From Eledone cirrhosa (taxonomy: Eukaryota), in NCBI GenBank assembly GCA_964016885.1, contig OZ024759.1:19902001-19966000 (forward strand): 64,000 nucleotides of DNA. The letters are read 5' to 3'. Positions 13,524 through 28,162 of this stretch are shown in pieces (within the stretch, counting starts at the first letter, position 1; the number at the start of each line of letters is the position of its first letter). The notes below the pieces were generated by a model. That model made no database searches, was not told the origin of the DNA, and saw nothing but the letters and a program-made list of their open reading frames with translations. Both the position numbers and the translations under genes were made by a program.

Positions 13524-14508
13524 CACATATACATATATATACACACACACATATATATATACACACTCATACACAGACATATATATATATATACACACAT
13601 ACACATGCACTAATACAGAGACATATATATATATATACACATACACACTCATACAGACATATATATATATATATATACACACACACGCACACAAGTATAT
13701 ATACACACACACAAATATATATATTTATACACACACGTATATACACACACATATAATCACACACACACATATATATATACACGCACATATATACACACAC
13801 ACACATATATTTATACACACACGTATATATACACACACACACACACATATATATATACACACACATATACACACACACACATATATATATATATACACAC
13901 ATCATCCTCACTATATATATATAAACATATACACACACACATAAATATATATATATATTTATATTGTTATACTTTGGGAGGGTCATGTTGCCAACAAATT
14001 CAGAAACGAAATATATATTTATATTTATATATATTTATATATATATATATATATAATGTATAAACAGGGATAGAAGGGGGAGGAAGAGTGTGAGAAAGAT
14101 AACGTTAAGGAGGGAGGATGATAGTATGAAGGGGTGGGTGGGAGGGGAAGATGATAGTGTTAGGAAGGGAGGGGGGGATGATAGTATGGAGGGGGGGGGA
14201 TGATAGTGTTAGGCAGGGGGCGGAGACGATCGTGTTAAGGAGGGAGGGAAGATGGGAGGGGAAGATGAAGTATAATAAACAAAATAGCCACAGGAAATGT
14301 GTGACCACCAACACCCCTCACCACCTACTCAGCCACCACTGCAACACCACCACCATCCCACCCCATTGACCCCCTCCCCCTCTCCGCCATACTCCTCTAA
14401 TGGTCAGTAAGGTCAGTAAAGATATTTCATATACACTACTACAGTTATTATTGCAATGAGAATATACAAGGAAACATATACACATACATACATACATACA
14501 CACACACA

Positions 14509-14650
14509 TGGTGGCTGCCAACTCGTTTTCGAGTACGGCCACTACTTTATATCCATGTAGGAGAACCCCTACCGATGCGCTGAACAAGTGTGACTTTTTA
14601 GTCCAGCCAGCGACTTGAAAATTCTGGTACAAACACTACACTTGTGACAT
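14509..14650 (-). mobile_element. 3' end of the RTE-derived element family seen at 62491-63786
   Basis: Reverse complement of 63644-63785; encodes [20 protein letters not shown]. Confidence 0.85.
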
Positions 14651-15344
14651 ACATACATACATACACAAAGATATATATAGACATATATATATATATACAT
14701 AACTACACACATATGTATACATATATATAGACAGATAATATACACATATACATAGATATAGATATATACATACATATATATATGTATATATACAGACATA
14801 TATATTATGTATATATACATACATAAATATATTATGTATATATACACACATATATATATGTATATATACAGACATATATATATATGTATATATACAGACA
14901 TATATATTATGCATGTATACATACATATATATATTATGTATATATACATACATATATATATCATGTATATATACATATACATATTATGAATATATAAATA
15001 CATATATATATATTATGTATATATACATAATATATATATGTATGTATATATGCACAATATACATAATATACATATGTATGTATATACATATATGTGTATG
15101 TATATATATATGTATGCATATATAAATAATACATATGTCTGTATATATACAGACATATATGTATATACATACATACATACACACATACATACACATACAT
15201 ACATATATACATACATACATACATACACACATACACATACATACATACATAAATACAAACATACATACATACATACATACACACACATACATACATACAC
15301 ATACATACATACATACATACATACATACATACATACACATACAT

Positions 15345-15384
<40 letters not shown>

Positions 15385-16023
15385 ACATACACATACTCGC
15401 AAGCAGAAACATACACACATATGTAAACATACACACACACACATGTACACACACTCACATGTGCACACACACATGTACACACACACTCACTTGTACACAC
15501 ACACTCACATGTACACACACACATGTACACACACACTCACATGTACACACACTCACATGTACACACACACACATGCACACACACACACATGTACACACAC
15601 ACTCACATGTACACACACACACATGTACACATACTCACATGTGCACACACACTCACATGTACGCACACACACATGTACACACACACTAACCTGTACACAA
15701 ACACACACACACATGTAAACCCCTCCCCCACAACACACACACATGTGCACCCCCCCACACACACACACCACACATACACAAACGGAACCATTTCCTAGAA
15801 GTGAGGCATCAAATGACATTCACCATTATTCTGTCTTAGAGAAATTCCACCAAACTATTTTCTTCATCAAATCTCCTCCTCTGAAACATCGAATCATTGT
15901 CACGAAAGTTGTTCATTATGGTCCATATTTGATATCTATGTTCTTCGACATGATACAATGACGCACCATATAGACATAGTCACGCACTACATCGATAAAG
16001 ATATACAGTATTGAAAATTGATA

Positions 16024-16114
16024 GGTGCAGGCATGGCTGAGTGTTTAAGGAGTTTGCTTCACAACCTTATGATTTTATAGATTCAGGTTCTATCCCCATT
16101 ACATAGCATCTTGG
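16024..16114 (+). mobile_element. Old tRNA-derived SINE head, continuing after the MITE at about 18021-18040
   Basis: ggtgcaggcatggctgagtgtttaag A box, ggttctatccc B box; CORE-like catcttgg|ttaa|atgacttctgctata is split by the insertion. Confidence 0.55.
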
Positions 16115-16118
16115 TTAA

Positions 16119-18016
16119 CCCTTTAACATTTACATTACTCTATATACACTATTGTATTTTCATGGTAAAGGGTTTACCTCACATAACATTTACATTACTC
16201 TATATATACTATTGTATTTTCATGTTAAAGAGTTTACCTCACATAATATCTCACATAACATTTACATTACTCTATATATACTATTGTATTTTCATGGTAA
16301 AGGGTTTACCTCACATAATATCTACATTACTCTATATATACTATTGTATTTTCATGGTAAAGGCTTTACCTCATAATATCTCGCATAACATTTACATTAC
16401 TCTATATACACTATTGTATTTTCATGGTAAAGGGTTTACCTCACATAATATCTCACATAACATTTACATTACTCTATATATATTATTGTATTTTCATGGT
16501 AAAGGGTTTACCTCACATAATATCTCACATAACATTTACATTACTCTATATATATTATTGTATTTTCATGGTAAAGGGTTTACCTCACATAATATCTCAC
16601 ATAACATTTACATTACTCTATATATACTATTGTATTTTCATGGTAAAGGGTTTACCTCACATAATATCTCACATAACATTTACATTACTCTATATATACT
16701 ATTGTATTTTCATGGTAAAGGGTTTACCTCACATAATATCTCACATAACATTTACATTACTCTATATATACTATTGTATTTTCATGGTAAAGGGTTTACC
16801 TCACATAATATCTCGCATAACATTTACATTACTCTATATATACTATTGTATTTTCATGGTAAAGGGTTTACCTCACATAATATCTCACATAACATTTACA
16901 TTACTCTATATATACTATTGTATTTTCATGGTAAAGGGTTTACTTCACATAATATCTCACATAACATTTACATTACTCTATATATATTATTGTATTTTCA
17001 TGGTAAAGGGTTTACCTCACATAATATCTCACATAACATTTACATTACTCTATATATACTATTGTATTTTCATGGTAAAGGGTTTACCTCACATAATATC
17101 TCACATAACATTTACATTACTCTATATATATGTTCATGGTAAAGGGTTTACCTCACATAACATTTACATTACTCTATATATACTATTGTATTTTCATGGT
17201 AAAGGGTTTACCTCACATAATATCTCACATAACATTTACATTACTCTATATATACTATTGTATTTTCATGGTAAAGAGTTTACCTCACATATATACTATT
17301 GTATTTTCATGGTAAAGGGTTTACCTCACATAATATCTCACATAACATTTACATTACTCTATATATACTATTGTATTTTCATGGTAAAGGGTTTACCTCA
17401 CATAATATCTCACATAACATTTACATTACTCTATATATATTTTCATGGTAAAGGGTTTACCTCACATAACATTTACATTACTCTATATATACTATTGTAT
17501 TTTCATGGTAAAGGGTTTACTTCACATAATATCTCACATAACATTTACATTACTCTATATATACTATTGTATTTTCATGGTAAAGGGTTTACTTCACATA
17601 ATATCTCACATAACATTTACATTACTCTATATATACTATTGTATTTTCATGGTAAAGGGTTTACCTCACATAATATCTCACATAATATCTCACATAACAT
17701 TTACATTACTCTATATATATATTGTATTTTCATGGTAAAGGGTTTACCTCACATAACATTTACACTACTCTGTATATACTATTGTATTTTCATGGTAAAG
17801 GCTTTACCTCACATAATATCTCACATAACATTTACATTACTCTATATATACTATTGTAAAAGCTTTATCTCATGTAATATCTAATCTACGAGATTTTGAT
17901 ATTATTTATTTTGGAACAATACCTTAACATCAGTATGAGTGGCTAGTTACAGCTGGTTTGAACAGAAAGAAGCGAGAGAATTCTGGCCGGATATGGCCAG
18001 TTTAAATGATAAAAGG
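16119..18016. mobile_element. piggyBac-like MITE with TTAA TSD, internally expanded by a 72-bp minisatellite
   Basis: TTAA at 16115-16118 and 18017-18020; imperfect TIRs ccctttaacattta / taaatgataaaagg; unexpanded relative at about 52900-53110. Confidence 0.75.
16125..17860. repeat. 72-bp minisatellite (some 60-bp variants), about 25 units
   Basis: Unit catggtaaagggtttacctcacataatatctcacataacatttacattactctatatatactattgtatttt; the 24-aa periodic ORFs are a consequence. Confidence 0.95.
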
Positions 18017-18919
18017 TTAAATGACTTCTGCTATAACCTTATCTGTGTGTGTGTGTGTGTGAATATATGTGGGTCTGCTAATATGCAGATGTGACTGATC
18101 AGTCACTGTATATTCCAGAAAATATCATGTATTTTTACTAGCTCTGACAGTTGGCAGGTAAACAGTATACTGTACTGATGAAGGGTAATCACCCAGAAAC
18201 ATTAGTATCTGCCATTCTGTTTATAAGCCAACACAAGAGCAAGAATGGCGGGGTTTTTCTACTGACATAGCTTAAAAGAGGCTGGCAGATTACATTTATT
18301 GTATTTAGCAATGTAGAGCGATAAAACTATTTGTTAGTTATATATATATTTATATGTAATAGAATAAATTTATTGCAATAACTAGTCACATAAAATATTA
18401 ACTATATATATATATATGTGTGTGTGTGTGTATGTATAAATATATGTGTATGTATAAATATATATGTGTATGTATAAATATATATATGTATGTATAAATA
18501 TACATGTGCATGTATAAATGTATATATAAATATATATATGTATAAATATATATATGTGTATGTATGTATAAATATATATGTATGTATAAATATATATGAA
18601 TGTATAAATATATATGAATGTATAAATATATATATATATATAAAATATGTAGTTTAGAAAGCCACAACAATGCAGATGGGAAATCTCGAGGTAGGAAGTG
18701 AGTGAGAAAAGTGAAAATTGAGAGAAAAGGAAAACAAAACAAAACAAAACAAGCAAACTTTAACACCCATATATATATATATATATATATAATGTAGGAG
18801 GTGAGTTTTATTGTAGTACAATAAAGCAATGCAGATATCGGATAAGAAGCACTCTACAGTTTGTAGGACTGGAGTATACATAATATAAGATCAAAAGATG
18901 GTTAAAGGAGTTCCATGTA

Positions 18920-18986
18920 TTTTATTATGCGCATTTCAAAAACAAACATCATCATGCAATAATATTTGTGTTTTCATCAGATAAAA
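18920..18986 (-). ncRNA. Type I hammerhead ribozyme (left palindrome arm)
   Basis: Reverse complement of 19109-19175. Confidence 0.7.
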
Positions 18987-19108
18987 CAGGAGAACATGAT
19001 ATGAAGGCTAAAAAACACTTGTGGATAGTGCAGTTTTAAATCAACATATGTTGATTTAAAACTGCACTATCCACAAGTGTTTTTTAGCCTTCATATCATG
19101 TTCTCCTG

Positions 19109-19175
19109 TTTTATCTGATGAAAACACAAATATTATTGCATGATGATGTTTGTTTTTGAAATGCGCATAATAAAA
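19109..19175 (+). ncRNA. Type I hammerhead ribozyme (right palindrome arm)
   Basis: Stem I ttttat/ataaaa; CTGATGA 19115-21; AU-rich stem II; GAAA 19158-61; palindromic stem III ATGCGCAT; predicted cleavage after A19169. Confidence 0.7.
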
Positions 19176-19251
19176 TACATGGAACTCCTTTAACCATCTT
19201 TTGATCTTATATTATATATATATATATATATATATGTATAAATATATATAC

Positions 19252-19292
<41 letters not shown>

Positions 19293-19739
19293 ATGTTTTA
19301 TGTGGCTATTGAAATAAGTTTAATCCATTCTGGCTGTATTGTTTATGGGTCTATAGTACAAATAGACAATTTATTTCATAATACAACACAATTCTAAGTG
19401 ATTAAACAGTTTTTAATGAAAGTTGGTTAATTGCCTTCAAATACTTTTGAATATACTTACTCTACTTATTTTTATTAAATGTATCACTAAATTTTTACAA
19501 GCTCTAACCAAATTCTTCTCTTGACTTTTTTTGTATGAGATAAATATTGAACAATCACTTCTGCCTCTGGCTGGCAATTACATTCTATATGTCTGTCTCT
19601 ACTGTTCTTTGAGATTTGACTGTATACTTCCTAACCCTAACCTACTACCCCTACTCCATCCTTCCACTCCCGCCAACACCACCCTTTCTCTATAAAGTTA
19701 CGTTGGTACCACAACATCTAGTCCTAAATAAATGAGGTC

Positions 19740-20185
19740 GTGTAGGTGTCATGACAAAAAAAACACACAGTCCACGCTGTAATGTAGCCATGTAGGTAAC
19801 ACAGTAAAAACCTCCCAGTTCCGCACTGTAAACGTAGTTGGTGTTAGGAAGGGCATCCAGCCGTAGAAAACCTGCCAGACAGTCTTATACAAGCCAGACA
19901 CGGTCACCCGACCAATCTTGCCTTAAGTGGGACAGTTCCCGTCTAACCCATGCTAGCATGGAAGATAGACGTTAAACGATGATGATGATGATTATATATA
20001 TATATATATATATACATATCTACATCATCATCATTGTTTAACATCTATCTTCCACGCTAGCATGGGTTTAGACAGGAATTTATCCGAGTTGAGGCAAGAT
20101 TGGTCATCTCGCTCGTATAGGATTGTCTGGCAGGTTTTCTACAGCTGGAAGCCCTTCCTAACACCAACCACGTTTACAGTGCCTC
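19740..20185. mobile_element. Two tail-to-tail headless SINE copies (V-like domain plus RTE-type tail)
   Basis: ggtgttaggaagggcatccagccgtagaaaa...ctaacccatgctagcatggaagatagacgttaaacgatgatg; further copies at 45063-45184 and 51727-51977. Confidence 0.8.
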
Positions 20186-20416
20186 CAATATATATATATC
20201 CAGGAAGCTCCAACTGTTAAGGTTGTCTTTTTTCCGGGTATGTCAATATTTATTTATAAAACAAATCTGTATTTTATCTGTTGAAAGCGCACCTTAATTT
20301 GCCTTACAATAAAGGGTTTTGCCCAAGGATATAACGCATCATCCGGTCTGGGGATTGAACTCACAACTTCACGATTGTGAATCCAATTGTCTAACCACTC
20401 TGCCATACACCTTCAA

Positions 20417-20442
<26 letters not shown>

Positions 20443-20447
<5 letters not shown>

Positions 20448-20773
20448 TAACAAATGGAAACTATATTTATAAAACCATATTTATTTCATTATACATACAC
20501 CAAAGCAAACTATGGTGCGCTTTCATTAGATAAAATATAATATAGATTAGTTTTATAAACAAATATTTGTTTAGAAAACTGATCTATATTATATTTTATC
20601 TGATGAAAGCGCACCATAATTTGCTTTGGTTGCCCTTGAAATATGTATAATAAAATAAATATGGTTTTATAAATATAGTTTCCATTTATTTACTCCACTA
20701 ACTTGTTGAGTGCTTTATATCAGTTATAAAAATGTTTAAGCTTGTTGAATCCCAACAAATTAAATATAACCTC

Positions 20774-20777
<4 letters not shown>
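20443..20777. mobile_element. HHR-bearing Penelope-like non-autonomous element (family B), inverted partial arm plus full arm
   Basis: 20443-20570 is an inverted, partly deleted copy of 20560-20690; (TA)n flanks. Confidence 0.7.
20593..20657 (+). ncRNA. Type I hammerhead ribozyme, family B
   Basis: attttat CTGATGA aag.gcacca...tggttgc.ctt GAAA tatgta TA ataaaat. Confidence 0.7.
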
Positions 20778-20850
<73 letters not shown>

Positions 20851-22734
20851 TTGGATATATGCTAGCATGGAAAATAGATGTTAAACAATGATGATGATAT
20901 GGTGTAGGTGTTAATGTGTTTCCTTTGTTTCTGCATGTGTGTGTGTTTGTGTATATGCTTGTTGTGCTTGTTTGTCTGTGTGTGTGTGTATCTGTGTGTG
21001 TGTCAGTGTGTGTTTGTGCATGTGTGTCTGTATGTGCATGCTGTTTGTCTGTGTATGTGTGTGCATGTGTGTGTGTGTGACTGTATGTGCATGCTGTTTG
21101 TGTGTCTGTTTGTGTGTGTCTGTGTATGTATGTGTGTGTGTCTGTTTGTGTGTGTCTGTGTATGTATGTGTGTGTGTATGTGTGTGTGTGTGTTTGTGCA
21201 TGTGTGTCTGTATGTGCGTGCTGTTTGTGTGTGTCTGTATGTATGTGTGTATGTGTGTGTGCATGTGTGTCTGTATGTGCGTGCTGTTTGTGTGTGTCTG
21301 TGTATGTATGTGTGTATGTGTGTGTGTGTGTTTGTGCGTGTGTGTCTGTATGTGCGTGCTGTTTGTGTGTGTCTGTGTATGTATGTGTGTGTGCTATGTG
21401 TGTGTGTATGTGTTTGTGCATGTGTGTCTGTATGTGCGTGCTGTTTGTGTGTGTCTGTGTATGTATGTATGTGTGTGTATGTGTGTGTTTGTGCGTGTGT
21501 GTCTGTATGTGCGTGCTGTTTGTGTGTGTGTCTGTGTATGTATGTGTGTGTGCTATGTGTGTGTGAATGTGTGTGTGTGTGTTTGTGCATGTGTGTCTGT
21601 ATGTGTGTGTCTGTTTGTGTGTGTCTGTGTATGTATGTGTGTGTGTGTGCTATGTGTGTGTTTGTTCGTGTGTGTCTGTATGTGTGTGTCTGTGTGTGTG
21701 TCTGTGTATGTATGTGTGTGTGTGCGCTATGTGTGTGTGTGTGTTTGTTCGTGTGTAGATTTCAGTATTAAATTCCACCAAGTCCATCAGGATTTCATCT
21801 GAGATAATTAATGAGGTGTGTGGTTTTATTGATATTAAATACAGATAGAATACACACGCATACACACACAAACGTACATTCACAACACATACACACAACA
21901 CACACACTCACTCACACAACACACACACTCACAACACACACGCAACACAACACACCCACCACATACACAACACATACACACACACATCACACAGACACAC
22001 ACTCACAACACATACAAACACACACCTACACACAAACTCACAGCACACACAGACACACACTCACTCACACAACACACACACTCACAACACTCACAACACA
22101 CACGCAACCACATACACAACACAACACACATACTCAAAAGCACACACACACACACATACCACACAGACACACTCACAATACATACAAACAGACACCTACA
22201 TACAAACACACACATACATACACAGTACAAATGCACACACTTATATTTACATACACACACACACACACACACACATATGTTATAACGACCGCAACTTAAA
22301 AAGTCTGTCTCCTCCATACTCATATTTGGAGTGGGTTAGGGGCTGGAAAACATAGACAACATCTGAGGTTAGAATTATGGAGGATGTCTTTACTGTAATA
22401 TAAACATTTAGTTCCTCATTAGCTTTGTTTTTACGTATTGTTTACAAGTTTGGAGTTCAGTGGTCTTATCCACTAGATTTGCAGTGTGTTCTTGAGCAAG
22501 ACACTTTATTTCACGTTGCTCCAGTTCACTCAGCTGTAGAAATAAGTTGCAACATCACTGGTGCCAAGCTGTATCGGCCATTGCCTTTCCATTGGATAAA
22601 CATTGCCATTCTGAGTTGAAATCCCGTCGAGGTTAACTTTGCCTTTCATCTTTACGGGGTCGATAAAATAAAGTACCAGTAATGCACTGGGTAATTGCTG
22701 GCCTTGTGCCAAAAAATGGAAACAATTATATATA

Positions 22735-23218
22735 CTAGCAGAGCAACCGCCCTTCGCGTGGTTTTCTGCTAGCACGTGTAGTGTGCATGTTGATATTATA
22801 CGCAAGTATATATACATGTAGATATGATGTGCCAAATAAAATCGTAATTGACAATATCCAGAGAAATTGAACGAAGACAGTGTTACACTCTCTTATGTAA
22901 TCAGTAACGAAATCCATGATATATTAAAAAAAGACGATATTATATATAAACTGCATTAGAAACAAAATTAGTGATGGAAATGCATGAAAGTTTAATTAAG
23001 TGATCGCTAATCGGAAGTGTTGACATTTGAAAATTTTAAAGAAGTGAATCTTTAAATAAGCTATAAAATATAATTATTCAAGAGTTATGAAATTTAGTAG
23101 ATAAATTATGTAATATTCATTCATTATTTATTCAAAGTAATCCAACTTATTTTACAAATGGGATAAAAAAATATATTCTGTATGCAGTCTCACACTCCCT
23201 ACTTTATTATAGTTAAGA
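22735..23218 (-). mobile_element. Non-autonomous Helitron
   Basis: Minus strand A|TCTTAACTATAATAAAG ... imperfect GC hairpin CCACGCGAAGGGCGG ... CTAG|T; no TSD. Confidence 0.65.
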
Positions 23219-23295
23219 TATGTATATATATATATAATATACAAAGTGAAGATATAGTATATAATATATATATAAAGTGTAGATATAGTATGTAT

Positions 23296-23327
<32 letters not shown>

Positions 23328-23650
23328 TTTACGTCAGCTTTTCCTTGCTTGCAAGGGTGGGACGGGAACTGATTCTGGCTTGATTTCTACAGCTGGATGC
23401 CCTTCCTAACACCAACCTCATTTACAGTGAGTGCTGGGTGCTTTTTTGCCGTGGCACCTCCACGTCCACTTTGCAGTGGAATGATAGGGACCCCAGTCCC
23501 TATCATCTCATTTCTACAGCTGAGTAAACTGGAGCAATGTGAAATAAAGTATCTTGCTCAAGGAAACAACACATCACCCGGTCTGAGAATTGAACTCACA
23601 ACCTTTCGATTGCAAGGCCAATGCTCTAACCACTAAGCCATATGCCTCCA
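23296..23650 (-). mobile_element. Full-length tRNA/CORE-like/V-like SINE with RTE 3' tail
   Basis: Near-identical copies at 34260-34600, 37946-38270, 50480-50818 and 62101-62422; variant at 54776-55100. Confidence 0.88.
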
Positions 23651-23715
23651 TATATATATATATAATATACAAAGTGAAGATATAGCATATAACATATATA
23701 TAAAGTGTAGATATA

Positions 23716-23751
<36 letters not shown>

Positions 23752-23896
23752 TATATAGTATACAAAGTGTAGATATAGTATATATATATATAAGCAAGGG
23801 GACATTTAATTTGTTGGTAATTCAACCTATCCAGGTAAAACTTGAACCGTTAAGGTCTCATTCCTGGATATGTCAATATTATTAAAACAAGCTCTG

Positions 23897-23958
23897 TATT
23901 TTATCTGATGAGAGCGTACCAAAGTTTTGGTACCCTTGAAATATATATAATAGAATAA
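23897..23958 (+). ncRNA. Type I hammerhead ribozyme, family B
   Basis: tattttat CTGATGA (23905-11) gag.gtacca-aagttt-tggtac.ctt GAAA tatata TA atagaata. Confidence 0.7.
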
Positions 23959-24190
23959 ATATGGTTTTATAAATATACTTTCCATTTATTAATATCATTG
24001 ATATATATATATATATGATGATGAAATGATGATATATATATAGATTTTGAGCTTATGTTGGTTGTATACCAACACCTCAGTATGCAGGCTGGAGCACTCG
24101 ACGAAGTGCGCAGGTTGGTTTGGTTACTCCGGAGTAGTGTAAAGTAAAGTTAAATAAAAGTCAAATGATTAAAATTTAGCTTTGTTTATT

Positions 24191-24245
24191 ACTGCTATAT
24201 ATATTTCAGTGACAGCCATCTTTGGCTGTGACCTCTTCAGGCAGT
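24191..24245 (-). ncRNA. Type I hammerhead ribozyme, family C
   Basis: Minus strand: actgc CTGAAGA g-gtcacagcca-aaga-tggctgtcac-t GAAA tatata TA gcagt, then AATAAA. Confidence 0.75.
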
Positions 24246-24382
24246 TTGAATTAGTATGGTATAGATAAGTACATATGTTGTTTAGGTGTATAATATTGTC
24301 AATACTCTGATATGCCCAGTTCCTTGTTGGGTTGTTAATTCACTGAGGAACTGGAGTCATATCCAGTTCCTCAGTGAATTAA

Positions 24383-25121
24383 CAACCCAGTGCATTACTG
24401 GTACTTTATTTTATCGACCCCGTAAGGATGAAAAGCAAAGTCAACCTCGGCGGGATTTGAACTCAGATCGTAAAGGGACGTAACTATGCTGGAAAGCATG
24501 GCGCCCGACCCTCTACCGATACTGCCAATCCAGTAAATATAATAGAATATAGAGAGTAATGTAAATGCTAAAGTGCTAAACATTTTCAAATGAGCAGTTT
24601 TATATCATAAAACCAGAACGGTTTCAGGTGGTTTGGTACCAAAGTAGTTTAAAGACAGGTAACTCCTTTGATGAACTAACAGGAATACTTAGTATTGGCA
24701 CCAACAGAGAATCCATTTTAGTTTGACTTATGTTATTGATTTTATTGAGTTCTAGTTTAGTTAAATTTAGTTCTTATTTATTTTTTAGTTTCATTGTTTT
24801 AAACAGTGTGACATCTACAACAACAACAACAGCAACAACACCAATAATAATAATAATAAACAAAAGTTAACAAAAAACTACAATACAAACATTTGAAAAA
24901 ACAAAAAACACCAGTACCAAAAAAATAACAACAAACAAATGCAAAAAAAAACAACAACAAACACACAAACAAACAAAAGAAGAACCTCAAAGAGAAACAT
25001 CGTCATCTAAATCTATAAATAAATAAAGAAAGGAATGAATGCCACTACGCAAAGTGACTCCATTAAAATAAAGCTTTTAAATTTGAAAGAAAAAATAAAA
25101 GATATACATGTAAAAAATGAG

Positions 25122-25175
<54 letters not shown>

Positions 25176-25840
25176 CAACACCTAGTATTTCAAAGGAGGA
25201 AAAAGAAAAAAAGAACAAAACAAGACCTGGAAAAGATAAATAAATATCAAAAATTATTTTTCTAGTCTAAAAAAAGAAACAAAATGAAAATATAAATTTT
25301 TTTCTTTTTCTCGTTTTTAAATTTCATTTTGTTCGTTTTTTTTAAAGAAACATTTTTTTTAAACCACTTCTCAAAATATAATGAACATATTTAAAAATGG
25401 ATGAGAAAATGAATTCATTTATAATAATAAAAATAATGAAAATAATAATAAAAATAATAATAGTCAGAATAATAATAATAATTGTTTCTAATTTTGGCAC
25501 AAGGCCAGTAATTATCCAGTACATTACTGGTACTTTATTTATCGACCCCTTAATAACGAAAAGCAAAGTTAACCTCGGCGAGATTTGAACTCAGAACGTA
25601 AAGGGCCATAACTCTATGCTGCAAAGCACAGTGCCTGATACTCTACCAATACTACCAAAATAATAGTATGGTTATAAATGGTTCTACTTTTGGCACAAGG
25701 CCAGCTATTACCCCAGTGCATTACTGGTACTTTATTTTATCGATCCTGTAAGGATGAAAGGCAAAGTTAACCTCGGCGGGATTTGAACTCATAACGTAAA
25801 GGACCATAACTCTGTGCTGCAAAGCATGGCGTCTGTCACT
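24383..25840 (-). mobile_element. Three Nin/Deu-like SINE copies (24383-24531, 25480-25658, 25680-25840)
   Basis: Match to the 3753 family. Confidence 0.8.
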
Positions 25841-26773
25841 CAATAGTAATACAAAGAAGAATGAATAGTGAAAATAATAATAGTAATAATAATAATAGTA
25901 AAAATAACAATAATAACAACAGTAATGATAACAATGTGAATATAGAATACAATAACAACAATAATAAAAATAACAATAATAATAAAAATAACAATAATAA
26001 TAAGAAGAACAATGCTAACAATTTCTTCTTCATTTCATCACCCATTCCTTTCTGTTGTGTATTTTATGTTGTTTTATTATTGTAACAATATTTTTACAAT
26101 ATTGTTTATTGTGGCAACTGTTAACAGTTTTTATATTATTTTATTTTTACTATAACTGAAAACATACATATATAACATACATATATAACATATATATATA
26201 TAAATATACATATATAACATACATATATAACATATATATATAAATATACATATATCACATATATATATATATATAAACATATATATTAACATACATATAT
26301 AACATATATATATAAATATACATATATAACATATATAAACATATATATTAACATACATATATAACATACATATATAACATATATATATATAAACATACAT
26401 ATATATTAACATACATATATAGCATATATATATATATAAATATACATATATAACATACATATATAACATATATATATAAATATACATATATAACATACAT
26501 ATATAACATATATATATATAAACATACATATATATTAACATACATATATAGCATATATATATATAAATATACATATATAACATATATAACATTCATATAT
26601 ATACATACATATATATATAAACATACACAGATACAAACATACATGCATACATATATATATATATATATACATATATATGTAGTTATGTTAGTTACGGGGC
26701 TGGGGGTGGACACTTATTCATATATATATGTACATACACACATACATGTTTGTATTTATGTATCTCTCCCTCT

Positions 26774-26808
<35 letters not shown>

Positions 26809-26818
26809 TATGTATGTA

Positions 26819-26857
<39 letters not shown>

Positions 26858-27469
26858 TTATACTTTTTATGCCTTTCCCCTTCACTGTGTGTTTGATATT
26901 TCTTTGTTACTTCAATATAATATAAAAAAGATATAAAAAAGATATGAAAAAGATATAAAACTATACAAAATCTAATAAAAACATGACATATATTGTCACA
27001 ATAGAAAAAGGTGTTGATAACTTTTCATAAATGCGAATGTAAAAGAGACATTTCTGAACATTTTATATTTATTTTGATTGTTTATTGCTGTTGTAGTTCT
27101 TTTTTTAGTGTCAGCCATTTTTTTCATGGTAGCCATTTTGTTTTTAAAAATTTTGTATTCAGGTGGATAATGTTTTGCTTTTGTTACTATGTCTGAGTGT
27201 GTGTGTGTAGGTTTTTGTGTATATTTGTATGTGTTTGTGAGTGTTTGTGTATATGTATGTTTGTATGTGTGTGTGCATGTATGTATGTATGTATGTGTTT
27301 GTGTATGTTTGTATGCCTTTGTGTGTATGTATGTGTGTTTGTGTATGTGTGTTTGTGTGTTTGTGTAAATGTATGTTTGTTGTTGCATTTCTATTTGTGT
27401 GTCTTTTCAGGGTGTGGAGTATGTATGTGAGCATTTGTGTATGTATATATATATATACATATATATATA

Positions 27470-27540
<71 letters not shown>

Positions 27541-27559
27541 TATATACATATATATATAC

Positions 27560-27592
<33 letters not shown>

Positions 27593-27603
27593 CATATATA
27601 TAC

Positions 27604-27701
<98 letters not shown>

Positions 27702-27787
27702 GTATATGATGTACCCATGCTAGCCTGGAAAATGGACGTTGAATGATGATGATATATATGATGTATATATATATATGTATACATAGC

Positions 27788-27875
<88 letters not shown>

Positions 27876-28124
27876 ATATATGTGTGTGTGTGTGTGTTCT
27901 TTTAGCAGCAGTAGTAGCAGCAGCAGTTGTATTCACCGATATAACGAGGAAGGATTAAAAAATCACAAAACTGAGAATCAAACAAATAATAAATAAACTG
28001 ACAACAAAACCCATCTATCTTAAAACTGGATTTCAGAGGGTTTTTATTTAGGGGTTTGCATTAGGGTTGCTGTTGGTGTTGTTTAGATACTTTTACTAAA
28101 ATGGAACAATGAAGGTAAAAATTA

Positions 28125-28162
<38 letters not shown>

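Larger units (their letters stand above)
18880..19215. repeat. Perfect spacerless 336-bp palindrome
   Basis: Centre caacat|atgttg at 19047/19048; arms match base for base by eye. Confidence 0.93.

Noticed and set aside
15820-15885. Minus-strand mini-exon with kinase-like GGDLM
   Set aside because: Stops within a few codons; no supporting neighbouring exons
16111-17884. 343-486 aa repeat proteins
   Set aside because: Artefact of a stop-free 72-bp minisatellite inside a MITE
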